Positions 60,238-64,000 of a DNA stretch of 64,000 bases are shown here, one piece after another. Below the pieces are notes generated by a model, which worked only from the letters and a program-made list of their open reading frames with translations, made no database searches and was not told where the DNA came from. The position numbers and the translations under genes are program-made. Position 1 is the stretch's first letter, and each line of letters opens with the position of its first letter. The DNA is from Mobula birostris (Eukaryota): contig NC_092379.1 in assembly GCF_030028105.1 (NCBI RefSeq), positions 71,126,008-71,190,007 on the forward strand, in the 5' to 3' direction.

Positions 60238-62330
60238 GTATAGTACAATTTGTCATGCACCAGTACAGCGGAAATGAGTTTTATTTTATATATATATATA
60301 TATATAATAAATAAGTAACGGATGGGGTATGAAGGGGAGGTGGGTCATTAACGGAAGTTAGAGAAGTCAATGTTCATGCCATCAGGTTGGAGGCTACTCA
60401 GACGGAATATAAGGTGTTGTTCCTCCAACCTGAGTGTGGCTTCATCTTGACAGTAGAGGAGGCCGTGGATAGACATATCAGAATGGGCTTCTGCCACCTC
60501 CAACAGGATCCCACTACTAGGTACATCTTTCTCTCCCCGCCCCTCTGCTTTCCGCAGTGATCGCTGCCTACGCGACTCCCTTGTCCATTCGTCCCCCCCA
60601 TCCCACTGATCTCCCTCCCGGCACTTATCCTTGTAAGCGGAACAAGTGCTAAACATGCCCTTACACTTCCTCCCTCACCACCATTCAGGGCCCCAGACAG
60701 TCCTTCCAGGTGAGGTGACACTTCACCTGTGAGTCATCTGAGGTGATATACTGCGTCCGGTGCTCCTGGTGCAGTCTTCTATATATTGGCGAGACCCGAC
60801 GCAGGCTGGGAGACCGTTTCGCTGAACACCTACGCTCTGTCTGTCAAAGAAAGCAAGATCTCCCAGTGGCCACATATTTTAATTCCACGTCCCATTCTCA
60901 TTCTGATATACTTCTTCCTATAGATGCTGCCTGCCTGCTGCCTTCACCAATAAATACAACCTGTCTTCTGTGTATTCGTTTTTCCAAAGTTGGCACCCTC
61001 TGTATAAGCCGACCCCTTAATTTTAGGACCAAAATTTAGGGCCAGATTCTTGGCTTATACACCAGAATTTACGGTACTTTGCATCTAGCTTTAATGAATC
61101 TGACCTTTGAATGGGTACTGGTGCAGGAAAGGAGTAGAGGGTTATGGGTTTAATGCAGGCAAATGGGATTATCCCAAAGCTTGTGTGGGTTGGAGAGTTA
61201 ATTTCCCACTGTAAATTTCCACTGCGTAGGTGAGTGCTAGAACCTGTGGGAATTGTTAGGAATAAAATGGGATTAGTGCGATTGACAGTTGTCATCAACT
61301 CTGTCATCTATTCTGTCTCTGTACTGCGTTTCTCTGTGACTTTACATTCTCCTGAGTGCGGGGATTCTGCTAAAGGTTAGATGGCTGACATATCGGGTAA
61401 ACCAAAACCAAAGTAGGTATGGCACAGCAGATAAATTGCTCAGTCTGGATAGGCAACCTCACAGGTTGCTAAAGGAAAGCTAGAAAGTGAAGAATTGTCA
61501 AAGCATCCTGTGTTCCTCAGAGGGGAGAAAATTTGCAAATATTATCTTGTGCACAAATTGATCCAAGGATTATCCCAAGAGCTCCAGATCAACGAGGTGA
61601 ACCTTGGTGTTGAGAAATCTCCCAAGAGAGTAGAAAAGAGAGTACAGTGGAGGTTTGTGAGGATGCATATGGAATACTTGAATAAATTCGGGCTGTTTTC
61701 TTTGTAACAGCGGAAGCAGAAAGGAAGATTAACTGAGACACCGAGGAGAGCAAGTAGAAATGACCTGTTTCCCTTAGCTGATAGGCCAGAAGCCAGCGGC
61801 AGAGATATAAAGCAAATGGTAGAAGGATTAGAGGAGTATTAAAGGAAAGTGTTGTCATGTAGAGGATGGTGATGTCTGGAACCTGCTGCCCGAATAGGTG
61901 CATCACATTTACATAGTACCCAAGAGTCATAAACTGCAGGCCATGGGCCCAGTACTGGAAGATGTGGTGAGTTGAGGTTAGGTAGCTCTTTATCAACCAG
62001 AACAGATGTAGTGGGCTGAATATTCTCCTGTGTCATAATTATTAATGATCATTTGGGCAAACTATGCATTGAAGCAAAGGGATACAGCATAGCTCTGTTA
62101 AAGGTAAATTGTGCTTAACCAACTTGAGTTTCTACCCGATGAGTCAAGTAAGTTTCTTGTCATTTAACTATATGTATGTATGCCATCAAATGAGACAACG
62201 TTTCTCCGGACCAGGGTGTAAAGCACAAAACACACAATAATCTAGGAAAGTAAGTAAGAAAGTTTTTAGTGCTTTCTCAGCATATATGATGAATAAACTC
62301 TTCTCAGGCTTCCAGCTGGGTACAGATATA

Positions 62331-63029
62331 AGGTACCGGTGACCCCGGTTTCCATCCAGGGGGTCAGTGTGGACATGGTGGATGATTACAAATACCTAGG
62401 GATACGAATTGACAATAAACTGGACTGGTCAAAGAACACTGGGGCTGTCTACAAGAAGGGTCAGAGCTGTTTCTATTTCCTGAGGAGACTGAGGTCCTTT
62501 AACATCTGCCAGAGGATGCTGAGGATGTTCTACGAGTCTGTGGTGGCCAGTGCTATCATGTTTGCTGTTGTGTGCTGGGGCAGCAGGCTGAGGGTAGCAG
62601 GCACCAACAGAATCAACAAACTCATTCATAAGGCCAGTGATGTTGTGGGGATGGAACTGGACTCTCTCACGGTGGTGTCTAAAAAGAGGATGCTGTCTAA
62701 GTTGCATGCAATCTTGGTCAATGTCTCCCATCCACTACATAATGTACTGGGTGGGCACAGGAGTACGTTCAGCCAGAGACTCATTCCACCGAGATGTAAC
62801 ACAGAGCGTCATAGGAAGTCATTCCTGTCTGTGGTCATCAAACTTTACAACTCCTCCCTTGGAGGGTCAGACACCCTGAGCCAATAGGCTGGTCCTGGAC
62901 TTATTTCATAATTTACTGGCATAATTTACGTATTACTATTTAACTATTTATAGTTCTATTACTATTTATTATTTATGGTGCAACTGTAACGAAAACCAAT
63001 TTCCCCCGAGATTAATAAAGTATGACTAT
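62331..63029 (+). mobile_element. Rex1/Babar LINE 3' part, same subfamily as 47455-48440, inserted into the end of a Penelope element
   Basis: ORF 62339..62887 VSIQGVSVDMVDDYKYLG..YFLRRLRSF..FYESVVAS; tail aataaagtatgactat. Confidence 0.92.
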
Positions 63030-64000
63030 ATCAATTTTAGTCGACATTTTGATGACAAACTCAGCCATCTTCATCAGTGATCATACCTGAGCATGTCTAG
63101 TCTGGTGGTATTTATACCCCCATAGTCTGCCCCTCCTGATTGGTTAGTCCTCATCCAATCAGATTTCTGCTCTCCCACCTTGTTTGCAATTGAATTCTAG
63201 TTCTTACTTAAAGTGAGACCTTTGTCTTTGTTAAAATTCTTTTCCTCTAGTTTTTTTTTCAATGGTTTCCTTTACCACAAGGTCCTAAAAACCATTGGCG
63301 TGGCACCGTAGTTTTGTGCTGTCAAAGTCAATCCTATGGCCGTTGCAAATGCAATGTTTGCCACCGCTGATTTCTCTGGGTAACCCAAATGGACACACTT
63401 CCTGTATTCCTTGACGCGAGTTTCTACCGTGTGTCCCATCTGGCTGATACACACTGCTCCGCATTTACAGGGAATCCTGTAAACACCAACCAACCTGAAT
63501 CCCAGGTCATCTTTGACCCGCGTGAGCTGTGGTTTGAGCTTCCTTGCGAATTTGTGTACGGTATTAATCCATTAGTTCTTCAGGATCCTGGCAATCCTTC
63601 CAGAAGCCATGGAAGCATAGGGAAGACAGGTGGTAGCGAATGGGTTCCTCCTCATTGTTGGGTTTCTTGGTTTTTCCGACGGCTCTTTTAAAGACCCAAT
63701 TAATTTCCTTCACCTTGTAGCCATTCTGTAGGAATGTCATATGTATAATCATCTTACTTCCTCTGGAAGACTCTCTGGGTCCAAAATAGTTCTTGCGCGG
63801 TTAATCAAGGTAGAGAGAACCACACAACATTGGGAGGCATGATGGTGGCTGTTATTGTTGAAATACAAGTCCGTGTGAGTGGGTTTCCAATAGACCCCTT
63901 GCCTGAGGTTACAGTCTGATTTCTGTCGTATTAAAATGTCCAGCAACGGAAGGCAACCATTCTTCTTCATCTCCATTGTAAGTTGAATGGTTGGATGTAA
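63030..64000 (-). mobile_element. Second Penelope family (Poseidon-like): RT thumb, GIY-YIG and terminal repeat (remainder of the terminus at about 62290-62330)
   Basis: MEMKKNGCLPLLDILI..VYWKPTHTDLYFNNNSHH..STLINRA; GVYRIPCKCGAVCISQMGHTVETRVKEY; hammerhead-like motif at 63038-63082. Confidence 0.85.

Larger units (their letters stand above)
59751..60949. mobile_element. Penelope-like insertion with inverted segments spanning the assembly gap; candidate 12-bp TSD
   Basis: Minus-strand pLTR at 59751-60081; GIY-YIG IYCVRCSWCSLLYIGETRRRLGDRFAEHLRSV on +; LRLEEQHLIFRLSSLQPDGMNIDF on -; flanks ataaatacgacc (59739-59750) and ataaatacaacc (60950-60961). Confidence 0.8.
58244..61076 (+). mobile_element. 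pogo-type DNA transposon (BrkDBD + CENP-B HTH + DDE_1, POGK-like), disrupted and interrupted by a Penelope element
   Basis: KRMRYDAGFKPKVVDFAK..AAAKKFCVNEKQVREWRR; WPEVVEDVLEWV..FKATRSWCTRFVNR; IGNMDETPIFFD; CMADGTKLSPMVIFK; LLVWDMFKAH; right TIR gcttatacaccagaatttacgg|ta. Confidence 0.88.

Noticed and set aside
59804-60314. ORFs containing X runs
   Set aside because: They span the assembly gap within a Penelope repeat.
53850-64000. TAF7 exon 6 (expected ITLPLKNVRKRRFRK)
   Set aside because: Not found by eye. It probably lies beyond the window or possibly in the N gap, so its absence is not evidence of pseudogenisation.

Overview
Eukaryotic, repeat-dense vertebrate DNA. The repeat repertoire (HER1/CR1, Rex1/Babar, Penelope, V-SINE-like) suggests a cartilaginous fish, probably a ray; this is an inference. 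Manual splicing finds four host genes that the ORF track mostly misses. They are the last exon of a Tec-family kinase (BTK by sequence and synteny, +), a complete two-exon TIMM8A (+, 89 aa), a complete six-exon NIPA-family Mg2+ transporter (-, 347 aa), and the first five coding exons of an intron-containing TAF7/TAF7L (+). The predicted NIPA and TAF7 start codons sit head-to-head only 156 bp apart in a CpG-rich ETS-motif promoter. The order BTK-TIMM8A-TAF7(L) matches human Xq22, but the NIPA gene between them has no human counterpart there; it is a good candidate for the fourth 2R ohnologue of NIPA2/NIPAL1/NIPAL4. The rest is mostly retrotransposons (CR1, Rex1, Nimb/I-like with RNase H, two Penelope families), DNA transposons (Tc1, Tigger, pogo), five minisatellites (at least three visibly seeded from TE sequence), and a 156-N gap. 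The Penelope ends carry dispersed, CpG-decayed minimal type I hammerhead ribozyme motifs of two distinct families. All calls were made by eye, and TE boundaries are approximate.
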